From Thermodesulfovibrionia bacterium (GTDB taxonomy: Bacteria; Nitrospirota; Thermodesulfovibrionia; JACRGW01): DNA of 64,000 nucleotides. The position numbers were made by a program, and so were the translations under genes. The notes under the pieces were generated by a model that saw only the letters and a program-made list of their open reading frames with translations, searched no databases and was not told where the DNA came from. The stretch is from positions 14,499-78,498 of the forward strand of contig CAKKSD010000050.1 of the NCBI GenBank assembly GCA_919902995.1, written 5' to 3'. Position 1 is the stretch's first letter; every line of letters starts with the position of its first letter. Below are positions 1 through 9,524 of this stretch, one piece after another.

Positions 1-232
1 TCTGCACCTCGAAGGATTCAAAATCATTGCTGAAAACAAGATGGATTTTTCAAGGGTTCTCGGATTGAGTGAAAACCCACCTATTGAAGGAGTAAAGATA
101 ACTGCCATTGTAAAGAGTAATGCACCTGAAGACGAGATAAAAAGAATAGAAAAATTAGCCAAAGAGAGATGTCCCGTCGTCTTCTGTATCACAAATCCTT
201 TAAAGCTTGAAACCGATTTGTTGATTCAATGA
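1..232 (+). CDS. OsmC/Ohr family peroxiredoxin-like protein, C-terminal part (5' end outside window)
   Basis: The ORF frame is open to the window edge. The C-terminal motif ...ITAIV.S...E..I..L...A...CPV... resembles the OsmC family. Confidence 0.45.
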   Translation, partial: LHLEGFKIIAENKMDFSRVLGLSENPPIEGVKITAIVKSNAPEDEIKRIEKLAKERCPVVFCITNPLKLETDLLIQ

Positions 233-280
233 TGAGGTTATTTTAAATTCATTTTCTTTCTTCTGTCATACCTCAACATC

Positions 281-299
281 TTGACAAACCTCTTGACAA
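281..299. promoter_or_regulatory. Direct repeat TTGACAA-N5-TTGACAA upstream of clpC (tandem -35-like boxes or regulator site)
   Basis: Seen directly at 281-287 and 293-299. On the opposite strand it reads TTGTCAA-gaggt-TTGTCAA, which resembles the CtsR heptad repeat but is not identical in sequence or spacing. Confidence 0.3.
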
Positions 300-350
300 T
301 AAATGTTTAAATAAAGTATCATTTCTTTGTAAGCATAAGAGAAATTCAAA

Positions 351-2783
351 ATGTTTGAGAAATTTACTGACAGAGGACGAAAGGTCATAATCCTTGCAAG
401 AGAAGAGGCAGAGAAACATCAGAATGATTACCTCGGCACCGAACATCTCCTTTTAGGTATCCTCAAAGATGAGGAAGGGCTCCCTGTAGCGATCCTGAGA
501 AAGATGGGGCTCTCAATTGATGAAGTAAAATTAGAGGTGGAAAGGACACTGCCGAGCGGTTCAAATATCCTCACTTTTGGTGAAATACCGTTTACACCGA
601 GGGCAAAGAAGGTTCTCGAGTTAGCCGTGGAAGAAGCCAAACTTCTCGGTCACAATTATATCGGTAGCGAACATCTTCTTCTCGGCCTTATCAGAGAGGA
701 AGAAGGAATTGGAGGAAAGATACTCAGAAGTCTTGGGACAAACTTATTAGGTGCAAGACAGCTTACCATAAACTTTGTCCTGAGAAATCAGCCTCACGGA
801 AAGGACAAGAAGACAGCCACACCTGCCCTTGACGAGTTTGGAAGGGATCTCACACAACTTGCAAAAGAACATAAACTTGACCCTGTAATTGGGAGAGAAA
901 ACGAAATAGAGAGGGTTCTTCAGATCCTCTGCCGTAGAACAAAGAACAATCCTGCAATTATAGGGGAGCCAGGAGTTGGCAAGACCGCTATTGTCGAAGG
1001 GCTGGCACAGAGGATTGTCAATAACGACGTCCCTGAAAATCTGCTTAATAAGAGAATTGTATCCTTAGACCTGGGTTCACTGATAGCAGGAACCAAATAT
1101 AGAGGCCAGTTTGAAGAAAGGCTTAAGATCGTAATGAAAGAGATTACTCAGGCAGATAATATAATTCTTTTCATCGATGAACTCCATACCTTGGTAGGTG
1201 CAGGGGCTGCAGAGGGATCAATAGACGCATCCAACATGCTTAAGCCCGCCCTATCCAGAGGGGAAATACACTGCATTGGAGCCACAACTCTTGATGAGTA
1301 TAGAAAGTATATCGAGAAGGACGGATCCTTAGAACGGAGGTTTCAGCCAATATATATCCAGGCTCCTACTACAGATGAAACAATCAAGATCATTAAGGGT
1401 TTAAGATCAAGATATGAGTCCCATCATAGGGTAAAGATTACAGACGGGGCTATTATCTCTGCTGTAAAACTATCAGACCGTTACATCTCAGACCGATTCC
1501 TCCCAGATAAGGCTGTAGATGTTATAGATGAGGCCTGCTCAAGGGCTAAACTTATCAGGTTTACACCTCCCTCTGAACTAAAGAGCATGGAAAAGGAGCT
1601 GAAGAAACTATCAAGAGAAAAGAACCTTTATCTAAAACTACAGGACTATGAAAAGGCATCAACACTAAAGTTAGAAGAAGAACATCTTAGGGCACTACTT
1701 GAAGAGATGCAGAAGAGCTGGAGAGAGAACCAGGAAAAAGATCTTCCCATAATTACTGAAGAGGTTGTTGCTTCGGTTGTATCGAAGATCACGAGTATAC
1801 CCCTCTTCAAACTTGAAGAGAAAGAGTCAGACAAGCTTTTAAGAATGGAGGAGGGACTCCATAAGCGAATTGTTGGACAGGATGAAGCTATACAGGCTGT
1901 TTCAAGGGCTATAAGAAGATCAAGGGCAGGGCTTAAGAGCCGAAAGAAGCCGATAGGGTCTTTCATATTCCTTGGACCTACTGGTGTTGGAAAGACAGAG
2001 TTAGCAAGGGCGTTAGCTGCCTTCCTTTTCGATGATGAGAATGCCCTTATAAAAGTAGATATGTCAGAATATATGGAGAAGTTCAGTGTCTCCCGTCTTA
2101 CCGGTGCACCTCCAGGGTACGTAGGATACGAGGAGGGCGGTCAACTTACCGAGAAGGTAAGGCGAAGGCCCTATTCTGTTGTACTACTTGATGAGATTGA
2201 GAAAGCCCATCCTGATGTCTTTAACATTCTTCTCCAGGTTCTGGACGATGGAATTCTTACTGACAGTTTTGGAAGGAAGGTAGATTTTAAGAATACCGTG
2301 GTAATTATGACCTCAAATATCGGCGCAAGGGTCATAGAGAAGGATACCCCCTTAGGTTTCCAGAAATCTGATTTCAAGGACTCAGTACAGAAGATGAAGG
2401 AGATTGTCCTTCTTGAGCTTAAGAAAATCTTTAATCCTGAATTCCTCAACAGGGTAGATGAGTCAGTAGTATTCCATCCTCTTACAAAGGACCACCTTCT
2501 CAAGATAATTGACCTTTTAATTGGAGAGCTGAACAGTCAGATATCCGAACAGAGCCTGACACTGGAAGTGTCCCCTGAAATTAAAGACTGGATATTGGAT
2601 AAATATTACCAGCCTGCTTATGGGGCAAGACCTATGAGAAGGGCTATTCAGAAATGTATAGAAGATCCGCTCTCCGAGGAGATACTTAAAGGCAGATTTA
2701 AGGATACAAAAACCGTAAAGATTATCCTTGAAAATGGAAACTCTATCTTTGTAGAAGAAGAGGTAGGGATGCTTGCAAGCTGA
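351..2783 (+). CDS. clpC: ATP-dependent Clp protease ATP-binding subunit ClpC
   Basis: 810 aa with two Clp-N repeats ([10 protein letters not shown] twice), two AAA modules with Walker A motifs ([16 protein letters not shown]) and a UVR-like linker. Confidence 0.9.
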   Translation: MFEKFTDRGRKVIILAREEAEKHQNDYLGTEHLLLGILKDEEGLPVAILRKMGLSIDEVKLEVERTLPSGSNILTFGEIPFTPRAKKVLELAVEEAKLLGHNYIGSEHLLLGLIREEEGIGGKILRSLGTNLLGARQLTINFVLRNQPHGKDKKTATPALDEFGRDLTQLAKEHKLDPVIGRENEIERVLQILCRRTKNNPAIIGEPGVGKTAIVEGLAQRIVNNDVPENLLNKRIVSLDLGSLIAGTKYRGQFEERLKIVMKEITQADNIILFIDELHTLVGAGAAEGSIDASNMLKPALSRGEIHCIGATTLDEYRKYIEKDGSLERRFQPIYIQAPTTDETIKIIKGLRSRYESHHRVKITDGAIISAVKLSDRYISDRFLPDKAVDVIDEACSRAKLIRFTPPSELKSMEKELKKLSREKNLYLKLQDYEKASTLKLEEEHLRALLEEMQKSWRENQEKDLPIITEEVVASVVSKITSIPLFKLEEKESDKLLRMEEGLHKRIVGQDEAIQAVSRAIRRSRAGLKSRKKPIGSFIFLGPTGVGKTELARALAAFLFDDENALIKVDMSEYMEKFSVSRLTGAPPGYVGYEEGGQLTEKVRRRPYSVVLLDEIEKAHPDVFNILLQVLDDGILTDSFGRKVDFKNTVVIMTSNIGARVIEKDTPLGFQKSDFKDSVQKMKEIVLLELKKIFNPEFLNRVDESVVFHPLTKDHLLKIIDLLIGELNSQISEQSLTLEVSPEIKDWILDKYYQPAYGARPMRRAIQKCIEDPLSEEILKGRFKDTKTVKIILENGNSIFVEEEVGMLAS

Positions 2784-2788
2784 TAGAT

Positions 2789-3634
2789 TTAAACACCGAG
2801 AACTTCCCTAAGAACCTTAAGATTCCTTATATCATCCTCTTCCTTTTTCTTCGGAGTTTCAAGTATAAAGGGAATATCTCTTACCCAGGAATGATTCAAG
2901 AAAACCCTGAAACCTTTAATACCGATAAAACCCTTACCTATATTCTCATGACGGTCAATCCTTGAACCAAGGGGCCTCTTTGAATCATTAAGATGGATAA
3001 CCTTCAGTGACTTCATACCTATGGTTTGATTCAATTTATTAAAGACCTCCTCTATTCCCCGGGATGTAGAAATATCATAACCAGAAGAAAAGGCATGGCA
3101 TGTATCAAAACATATACCTCCTACAATTCCACCCTCTGTCTTTTTCAACATCTCTGACAACTGCTCAAAGGTATAACCAATCTCTCCCCTTTCACCTGCT
3201 GTATTCTCAAGGAGAACCTTTGTAGAACCTTTATGTTTTTCAGAGACAGAAATCAGTGTTTCTACCACCCTCTTTTCACCTTCCCTTTCATCAGAATCTC
3301 TGATACTACCAATGTGTGTAATGAGATAATCTGCACCTAAAATATCTGCCCTTTCAATCTCGGAAATAAAGAGTTCCTTAGATTTCCTGTAGAGTTCTTT
3401 ATCAGGTGTGCATAGGTTAATAAGGTATGAGGTATGAACATATAACGGTCTGATGTCTGCCTCTTCCCTGATCTTCCTGAAAAGCCTTACTTCATCATCA
3501 TTCAGTTCTTTTAGTCCCCATCCCCTCGGGCTATGGGAGAATATCTGCATCGTGTTGCATCCGAGTGTCTTAGCCCGTTCTACTGCTTTATGTATCCTTC
3601 CCGCTATAGACACATGAACACCCAAGCGAATCAT
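2789..3634 (-). CDS. nfo: Endonuclease IV (deoxyribonuclease IV)
   Basis: 281 aa TIM-barrel AP endonuclease family 2. The N-terminus MIRLGVHVSIAG....A...GCNTMQIF and HxSYLINL motifs match. Confidence 0.85.
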   Translation of the reverse strand: MIRLGVHVSIAGRIHKAVERAKTLGCNTMQIFSHSPRGWGLKELNDDEVRLFRKIREEADIRPLYVHTSYLINLCTPDKELYRKSKELFISEIERADILGADYLITHIGSIRDSDEREGEKRVVETLISVSEKHKGSTKVLLENTAGERGEIGYTFEQLSEMLKKTEGGIVGGICFDTCHAFSSGYDISTSRGIEEVFNKLNQTIGMKSLKVIHLNDSKRPLGSRIDRHENIGKGFIGIKGFRVFLNHSWVRDIPFILETPKKKEEDDIRNLKVLREVLGV

Positions 3635-3658
3635 ATTTAGAGAGGAACAATATCTTTG

Positions 3659-4168
3659 TTATTTCACTGCTTCTATTAAAAAGTTATCTTCATCTAAATG
3701 CTCAAATCTCACATTTCGAAAGCCTGATTCTTCTATGATTTTTCTAAGGTCTTCAAGCGTATAGAAGCAGCAGGTAGTTTTGTCTCTGACTTCTTTTATC
3801 ATGCACTCAACTACCACGAGTTTGCCTTTAGGTTTCATAATTCTTCTTATCTCATCAAGAGCTTGCAGGGGGTTCTCAAGGTGGTGCAAAGTGTAGCTAA
3901 GTGTTACTGAATCAAATTCTTCTTTTCTGAAGCTCAACCTTTGCGCATCCCCGCGAACGCAACTAACAAAAGGTGAGACCTTCTTTTTCTTGGCTGCCTT
4001 TTCAGCTTTTTTAAAGTTTGCGTCGCTCACGTCCAAGCCCACGACCAGCTTTTTCAGTTCCTTGGCTAAATCGGTTGCGAGGTCGCCGTCTTCGCAGCCT
4101 ATGTCCAGAACTTTCCGTGCCCCTCTAAGTTTCTGAACAATTTTTTTATTTATCGAGTCTTGACCCAT
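3659..4168 (-). CDS. Class I SAM-dependent methyltransferase
   Basis: SAM-binding motif VLDIGCEDG, then a downstream acidic residue and an LKPKGKLVVVE motif (Methyltransf_11-like). Confidence 0.7.
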   Translation of the reverse strand: MGQDSINKKIVQKLRGARKVLDIGCEDGDLATDLAKELKKLVVGLDVSDANFKKAEKAAKKKKVSPFVSCVRGDAQRLSFRKEEFDSVTLSYTLHHLENPLQALDEIRRIMKPKGKLVVVECMIKEVRDKTTCCFYTLEDLRKIIEESGFRNVRFEHLDEDNFLIEAVK

Positions 4169-4324
4169 AATCCTTTACCTCAGCCTTGAGAATCCCCTCC
4201 GCTTCTTTAAGTTACTATCTTTATTTTCCGCTAACCTATATTAGCATAGAAAAAATCTGATTTAAATAAAACCAATACAAAAAATCTTTTTAAATCATGA
4301 ATTACGAAAGGGTTATCGCTAAAG

Positions 4325-4385
4325 TGTCACCCTGAACTTGTTTCAGGGCAAGGTTCAGAACGACATTTTCAAGGTTCAGCATGAC
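4325..4385. repeat. Hairpin-repeat cluster (CTGAAC subfamily) between methyltransferase and lnt
   Basis: GTCACCCTGAActtgtTTCAGGG, then two GTTCAG(A/C)A(C/T)GAC half units. The last unit is the reverse complement of the GTCATGCTGAAC unit at 6049. Confidence 0.5.
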
Positions 4386-4511
4386 ACAGACCGTAGGTTT
4401 ATTAGGTTTATATTATACCCTTCGTAATTCGGGTTTATATCTAAAGTGTGTAGACTATTCAGACCAGTCTCCTTGAAAAATAAGGATAATACCGTTATAG
4501 TAGAGACATCT

Positions 4512-6044
4512 ATGAGATCATCCGCTCCTAAAAGTATAAATTTCTATCTCCCTTCTTTCTCAGGAATCCTCCTGATACTCATATTCCCTAAATTCGATCT
4601 TGAATTGGTTGCCTGGGTAGCGCTGGTTCCACTCCTCCTTTCTATCTCGATGACTGATGATCGAAAGACTGCCTTTCATTCAGGGTTCATCGCAGGTTTT
4701 ATCTATTTCTTGGGAACAACCTACTGGGTAGTGAATTCTATATACTATTACGGTCATCTCCCTTTTTTTCTGAGTGTCATGATCCTCTTGGGTATGGTTG
4801 TAACCCTGAGTCTTTATATTGGTCTATTCAGCTTTCTCTATCACTTTATTTTAAAAAATATACCCCTACCTTCCTCTCTTATTGCACCACTCCTCTGGAC
4901 ATCAATAGAGTTTGTGAGGACCTATCTACTTTCAGGATTCCCCTGGTCGAGTCTCGGTTATTCTCAGTATAGATCCCTTCCTGTAATTCAGATTGCGGAT
5001 GTTACAGGGATCTATGGAATTTCCTTCCTTATAGTTGCAATAAATGCGGCTATAGTTGATTTCTTCATGTTTAGAAAAACTAAGAGGATGTCTCTTATCC
5101 TTGGGCCCGTCCTCTCTATAATCCTTCTTGTCGTCACCTTAGGATATGGTTTTCTGGCACTTAAAGAATCAGATGCAGGTAAAGTTATTAAGATAAGTCT
5201 TGTACAGGGCAATATTGAACAGGATATGAAATGGAACCAGAAATATCAGAGGGAAGTCTTCAATGCATATCTGAGACTTACAAGGGATTCATTAAGTCAT
5301 AATCCTGATATTGTAATCTGGCCAGAGGCCTCAACACCCTTTTACTTTGGAAGGGATAAGGAATATACCGATGAACTTACCAGTTTTGTTAAGGAGCATA
5401 AAATCTACCTCCTTTTCGGAACACCAAGGGTTAAATCATTTGAAAAGGGAAGATATACTCTGGCAAATAGTGCCTATCTCTTATTCCCTTCTGGAGAAAT
5501 TAAAGGTATTTATGATAAAATACATTTAGTCCCTTTCGGGGAGTATGTCCCGATGAAGAGTGTACTCTTCTTCGTAGATAAACTCGTAGTGGCAATTGGA
5601 GACTTCTCGCCTGGAGAAAGATATGAGGTCTTCGAGACTCCAAAGGGGAAATTTGGACTGGTCATATGTTATGAGATAATATTCCCTGGGCTGGTAAGGA
5701 AATTTGTTAAAGGAGGTGCTGATTTTATTGCCACGATCACAAATGATGCATGGTTTGGGAATACCGCTGCCCCCTATCAGCATTTCAGCATGGCAGTTCT
5801 GAGGGCTGTTGAAAACAGGGTCTCTATAGCAAGGGCTGCTAATACAGGTGTCTCAGGATTTATTGATTCCAAAGGGAGGATCTTAAAGGCAAGTGGAATA
5901 TTTCATGAAGGAACATATACAGGCGACATAAGAATAGGGCCAAGAAAAACATTTTATACAACGTATGGGGATATATTCACATATGTATGTCTTGGTTTGA
6001 CCGTTGGGTTTTATTTTTTGGCTATGGCGTATAAAAAACCTTAA
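4512..6044 (+). CDS. lnt: Apolipoprotein N-acyltransferase
   Basis: Multi-TM N-terminal domain plus a C-terminal CN-hydrolase domain with the catalytic Cys in VICYEIIFP. The start is placed at the MRSS... ATG at 4512, because the ORF-track start at 4446 adds a non-conserved leader. Confidence 0.8.
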   Translation: MRSSAPKSINFYLPSFSGILLILIFPKFDLELVAWVALVPLLLSISMTDDRKTAFHSGFIAGFIYFLGTTYWVVNSIYYYGHLPFFLSVMILLGMVVTLSLYIGLFSFLYHFILKNIPLPSSLIAPLLWTSIEFVRTYLLSGFPWSSLGYSQYRSLPVIQIADVTGIYGISFLIVAINAAIVDFFMFRKTKRMSLILGPVLSIILLVVTLGYGFLALKESDAGKVIKISLVQGNIEQDMKWNQKYQREVFNAYLRLTRDSLSHNPDIVIWPEASTPFYFGRDKEYTDELTSFVKEHKIYLLFGTPRVKSFEKGRYTLANSAYLLFPSGEIKGIYDKIHLVPFGEYVPMKSVLFFVDKLVVAIGDFSPGERYEVFETPKGKFGLVICYEIIFPGLVRKFVKGGADFIATITNDAWFGNTAAPYQHFSMAVLRAVENRVSIARAANTGVSGFIDSKGRILKASGIFHEGTYTGDIRIGPRKTFYTTYGDIFTYVCLGLTVGFYFLAMAYKKP

Positions 6045-6048
6045 AATT

Positions 6049-6105
6049 GTCATGCTGAACTCGTTTCAGCATCTACTTGAGATTCTGAAATAAATTCAGA
6101 ATGAC
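6049..6105. repeat. Hairpin-repeat cluster downstream of lnt
   Basis: GTC-ATGCTGAA-ctcgt-TTCAGCAT-CT and G-ATTCTGAA-ataaa-TTCAGAAT-GAC, both perfect 8-bp stems. Confidence 0.55.
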
Positions 6106-6131
6106 ACAAAAGAAAACTATGGAGGTTATCA

Positions 6132-7230
6132 ATGTTAGACGAAGAATCGAGAGAGATAGAAGAACTCGAAACAAGGCTCAATACCCTCAGGGGGTATCTT
6201 TGAAATAGAAAAGAAAGAAAGCAGAATAAAGGAGATAGAGAAGATGATGGAAGCCCAGGATTTCTGGGAGAATGTTCCTTCTGCCCACGCCCTTCTGAAA
6301 GAGAAGTCCACACTTGAAGTGTCAATCAATAATTTCTATTACCTTCAGGGAAGGCTTGAAGACCTTGAGATAATGATCGAGCTTTCAGAGGAAGAAGAAG
6401 ATACATTTATATCAGAAATAGAAAAGGGTCTTAAAGAATTAAACAGTGAATTCCAGAAGATCGAAATAGAAACAATGTTAAGCGGTGAGAAGGACAGTCA
6501 TAATGCCATCGTCTCGATCCATCCCGGGGCTGGTGGTACAGAATCTCAGGACTGGGCACAGATGCTCATGCGCATGTACCTCAGGTGGGCAGACAGTCAT
6601 AATTTCAAGACTGAAATCATTGATATTCTTCCCGGAGAAGAGGCGGGTATTAAGAGTGTCACTATTATGGTCGCAGGTGAATATGCCTATGGTTACTTGA
6701 AGGCAGAGGCAGGGATCCATCGCCTCGTAAGGATTTCTCCTTTCGATGCAAGCAAACGCAGACATACATCGTTCGCTTCAGTATTTGTTCATCCTGAGAT
6801 AGAAGAAGACATAGAAATTGACATAAAGGATGATGATTTAAGGATCGAGACCTTCAGGGCAAGTGGTGCAGGCGGTCAGCATGTGAATAAGACATCTTCT
6901 GCAGTAAGGATAACCCATATTCCTACAGGGGTTGTTGTTCAGTGCCAGAACGAAAGGTCACAGCATAAGAACAAGGCGACCGCCATGAAGGTATTGCGGT
7001 CAAAACTCTATGAACTCAAGGAGGAAGAGCAGGCTAAGAAGATGGAAGAGATTTTAAGCGAGAAAAAGGAGATCGCCTGGGGAAGCCAGATACGCTCCTA
7101 TATCCTCCAGCCCTACCAGATGGTCAAAGACCACAGGACAAACCTCGAGGTCGGAAATGTAAACGCTGTCCTCGACGGAGACATAGACCAGTTCATTGAT
7201 GCCTATCTGTTACAGGAAGTCACCAAGTAA
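6132..7230 (+). CDS. prfB: Peptide chain release factor 2 with programmed +1 ribosomal frameshift (frame 0 6132-6200, shift at CTT TGA 6198-6203, +1 frame 6202-7230)
   Basis: The frame-0 ORF MLDEESREIEELETRLNTLRGYL ends at an in-frame TGA at 6201-6203. It is preceded by AGGGGG (6189-6194), a Shine-Dalgarno-like element, and then TAT CTT TGA. The +1 frame continues into the RF2 body with SPFDASKRRHTSFASVFVHPE and the GGQ motif RASGAGGQHVN. This is the canonical prfB autoregulatory site. Confidence 0.85.
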
Positions 7231-7246
7231 TCCCATCCCTCAACTT

Positions 7247-7756
7247 TTAACCCATCATTTCATCAATATCAAACCATTTCTGATCTGCCAAAATTATAGA
7301 GGTCTCAATTTGGCTTTCGGGAATTGACCAGTATTTCCTAAGCAATCTATCCTTTTCCTCTGTGGAAACCAAACGGAAATCATGTTTCTCATAGAATTTA
7401 ATAGCCCAAACAGCATCTGCCCAGGTACCAATTAATATCGGTCTATCTGTTTGCTTACAAAGATATGATAACAATTCCCCTCCTATGCCTTGATTTTGTC
7501 TCTTCCTTTGCACATAGGAGTGTCTGATTAGGGTTATATCTTGAACATCCTGGATTCCCATCACACCAATCAACTCCCTTCCTTCTTCGTATCCCCAGAA
7601 TACAACACCACTTTTTATCTCATGATGAAGTTCTACTTCAGACATATAAGGTTCTTTCCAGCAGTCTGCAGGGATTATACCTTTATATACCTTTGAAGCA
7701 TCATTTATTACTGAAAGGATAACATTGAACTCGCTTTTATTGCATAGACGTATCAT
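7247..7756 (-). CDS. GNAT family N-acetyltransferase
   Basis: 169 aa with an acetyl-CoA-binding motif RKRQNQGIGGELL typical of GNAT folds. Confidence 0.7.
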   Translation of the reverse strand: MIRLCNKSEFNVILSVINDASKVYKGIIPADCWKEPYMSEVELHHEIKSGVVFWGYEEGRELIGVMGIQDVQDITLIRHSYVQRKRQNQGIGGELLSYLCKQTDRPILIGTWADAVWAIKFYEKHDFRLVSTEEKDRLLRKYWSIPESQIETSIILADQKWFDIDEMMG

Positions 7757-7792
7757 AATTCTTATCCTGACTAAGAGTGGATGGTATAACTT

Positions 7793-8347
7793 TCAAGCTA
7801 AATGTTCAATCAATATTTTTATTCCAATACCGATTAATATCATACCTCCAACCACCTCTATTTTATTCTCAAAGAAATGTCCGAATCTATCTCCTACATA
7901 AACTCCTATGAATGATAGTAAAAATGTTATGACTCCGATTATTATTGCAGGATTTATAATCGAAATATCTAAGATCGAAAGGGTTAACCCTACTGCCAAT
8001 GCATCAATACTTGTTGCAATAGAAAGTATCAATATTACATAGATATTCAGTGGATCTAATTTCTTATCTGGATTCATCCTGGTCGATTCAAAAATCATTT
8101 TAAAACCGATCATACTTAGCAGTCCGAAGGCAATCCAGTGGTCAATGCCTGAAATAATATCTCTTAACCCTATGCCTGCCAACCACCCCACCACTGGCAT
8201 AATTGCCTGAAATAATCCGAAGAATGCTGCGAGCCTGAGGGCATGCTGGATTCTGAGATATTTAATTGTAAATCCACTTGCGACAGATACCGCAAAGGCG
8301 TCCATAGCCAGTCCTAAGGCTACAAATAGAATCGTAATTATATCCAT
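7793..8347 (-). CDS. mntP: Manganese efflux pump MntP (DUF204 family)
   Basis: 184 aa with six TM segments. The N-terminus reads LGLAMDAFAVSVASG, and duplicated DA motifs are characteristic of MntP. Confidence 0.8.
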   Translation of the reverse strand: MDIITILFVALGLAMDAFAVSVASGFTIKYLRIQHALRLAAFFGLFQAIMPVVGWLAGIGLRDIISGIDHWIAFGLLSMIGFKMIFESTRMNPDKKLDPLNIYVILILSIATSIDALAVGLTLSILDISIINPAIIIGVITFLLSFIGVYVGDRFGHFFENKIEVVGGMILIGIGIKILIEHLA

Positions 8348-8441
8348 TTATTATTTCGATTTAAACTTTATATCATTTAAAAACATTTTACAATAGTATC
8401 AGCATGTTAAAAGAGAATTGATAAGCTGTTTAATTTAGTCC

Positions 8442-8470
8442 TTGACATTCTTTGTAACATATGTTACAAT
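8442..8470 (+). promoter_or_regulatory. Near-consensus sigma70-type promoter for the ChrB-like gene (TTGACA-17-TACAAT)
   Basis: TTGACA at 8442-8447, a 17-nt spacer, then TACAAT at 8465-8470. Confidence 0.45.
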
Positions 8471-8488
8471 TATATCATATGTTACATA
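8452..8488. promoter_or_regulatory. Perfect 18-bp palindrome TTGTAACATATGTTACAA plus adjacent half-site copy (candidate operator overlapping spacer/-10)
   Basis: Positions 8452-8469 are self-complementary. Positions 8470-8488 (tTATATCATATGTTACAtaa) repeat the right half, CATATGTTACA. The core resembles the GAAC-N4-GTTC class of boxes but with TAAC arms. Confidence 0.4.
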
Positions 8489-8494
8489 ACAAAT

Positions 8495-8532
8495 CCCGCA
8501 CCTTCCAACGGGGTATTCTGTGAAGGTGCGGG
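8495..8532 (+). promoter_or_regulatory. Leader stem-loop (11-bp perfect stem CCCGCACCTTC/GAAGGTGCGGG) sequestering the first candidate start codon (GTG 8520) of the ChrB-like gene
   Basis: Inverted repeat at 8495-8505 and 8522-8532 with a 16-nt loop. It lies between the predicted TSS and the ATG at 8541. Confidence 0.35.
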
Positions 8533-8540
8533 ATAAACTC

Positions 8541-9506
8541 ATGGGCTGGCTACTGATATTTTACACGGTTCCCTCAAGGCCTGTAAGTAACAGGATGAGA
8601 ATATGGCGGAGGCTCTCAAAGATAGGTGCAGTTCAGCTCAAGGGTGCTGTTTACATACTCCCATACAACGAGGGAAACTATGAGTTCTGCCAGTGGGTTG
8701 TATCAGAGGTCTCATCAATGGGAGGTGAAGGGACATTCGTTAAGATAAAGACGATCGAGACAATGAAAGAGGCTGAGATAATCAATCTATTCAATTCTCA
8801 GAGGGAAATGGATTATCACAATATTTCAAAGGGGCTTGAAGATCTTGGTAGAAAAATCGAAAGTATAAGAAAGGGAGGCCGAACAAAAGACGCCAGGATA
8901 TTTCATGAGGAACACGGCAGATATGAAAAAGAGTTTAAAGAAATACGGAAGATAGACTTCTTCTCATCAAAGGCCGGAAGTACTTTAGAAAAGAGGCTTA
9001 AAGAACTGTACGGAAAAATCAGGGGCATATCGGGGATAGCCCCAAAGGAAAAGGGGATTGCCATAGTGCTAAAAAATATCAGGGACTATAGGAACAGGAT
9101 ATGGGTCACCCGAAAAAGGCCTTTTGTGGACAGGATGGCATCTGCCTGGCTGATAAAGAGATTCATAGATAAGAATGCCCAGATCAAGTTTATTGATGAA
9201 AGGGACATGAAGGGTTTGGACAAGGATTTAGTCACCTTTGATATACAGGAAGGAGAATTTACCCATGCGGCTGATATGTGCACCTTTGAAGTACTTCTAA
9301 AATCGTTCAATATTAAGGACAGGACATTAAAAAAGATCGCTGAGATTGTCCATGAGATTGATATAAGGGATGACAGATATAAGAACCCTGAAACCATCGG
9401 GATAGAGGACATATTAACAGGGATAAGGAAGGTTACTATCGATGACCAAGAGGCCCTTGAAAAAGGGATGTCTTTATTTGAGATGCTCTACGCATCAAAA
9501 ACTTAA
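8541..9506 (+). CDS. ChrB-like protein (ChrB_N plus Chrome_Resist C-terminal domain), putative oxyanion/metal-sensing regulator
   Basis: The N-terminal motif W..LY..P..PS..R.R.WR.L...GAV.L...V..LP and the C-terminal motif WVTRKRPFVDRMASAWLIKRFID both match the ChrB family. An alternative GTG start lies at 8520. Confidence 0.6.
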   Translation: MGWLLIFYTVPSRPVSNRMRIWRRLSKIGAVQLKGAVYILPYNEGNYEFCQWVVSEVSSMGGEGTFVKIKTIETMKEAEIINLFNSQREMDYHNISKGLEDLGRKIESIRKGGRTKDARIFHEEHGRYEKEFKEIRKIDFFSSKAGSTLEKRLKELYGKIRGISGIAPKEKGIAIVLKNIRDYRNRIWVTRKRPFVDRMASAWLIKRFIDKNAQIKFIDERDMKGLDKDLVTFDIQEGEFTHAADMCTFEVLLKSFNIKDRTLKKIAEIVHEIDIRDDRYKNPETIGIEDILTGIRKVTIDDQEALEKGMSLFEMLYASKT

Positions 9507-9524
9507 AAAAAGGAGGAAACGAAT

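Noticed and set aside
281-299. Canonical CtsR operator upstream of clpC
   Set aside because: The heptad sequence and spacing differ from the GGTCAAA-NAN-GGTCAAA consensus. It is kept only as a generic direct repeat.
1646-2503. Antisense ORFs inside clpC (1646-1966, 2171-2503) and similar internal antisense ORFs in polA, accA, the pck-like gene and gatB
   Set aside because: They lie entirely within strongly supported genes on the opposite strand and are Ser/Leu-rich with no RBS, so they are typical shadow ORFs.
6050-6329. Minus-strand ORFs 6050-6325 and 6135-6329 across the prfB 5' end
   Set aside because: They overlap the well-supported prfB frameshift region and a repeat cluster. They are low-complexity Ser/Leu-rich with no RBS, so spurious.
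8348-8519. Looked for a yybP-ykoY manganese riboswitch in the mntP 5' region
   Set aside because: No recognisable conserved yybP-ykoY core could be found on the mntP (minus) strand. The region instead holds a plus-strand promoter and a palindrome. A covariance-model scan would be needed for certainty.
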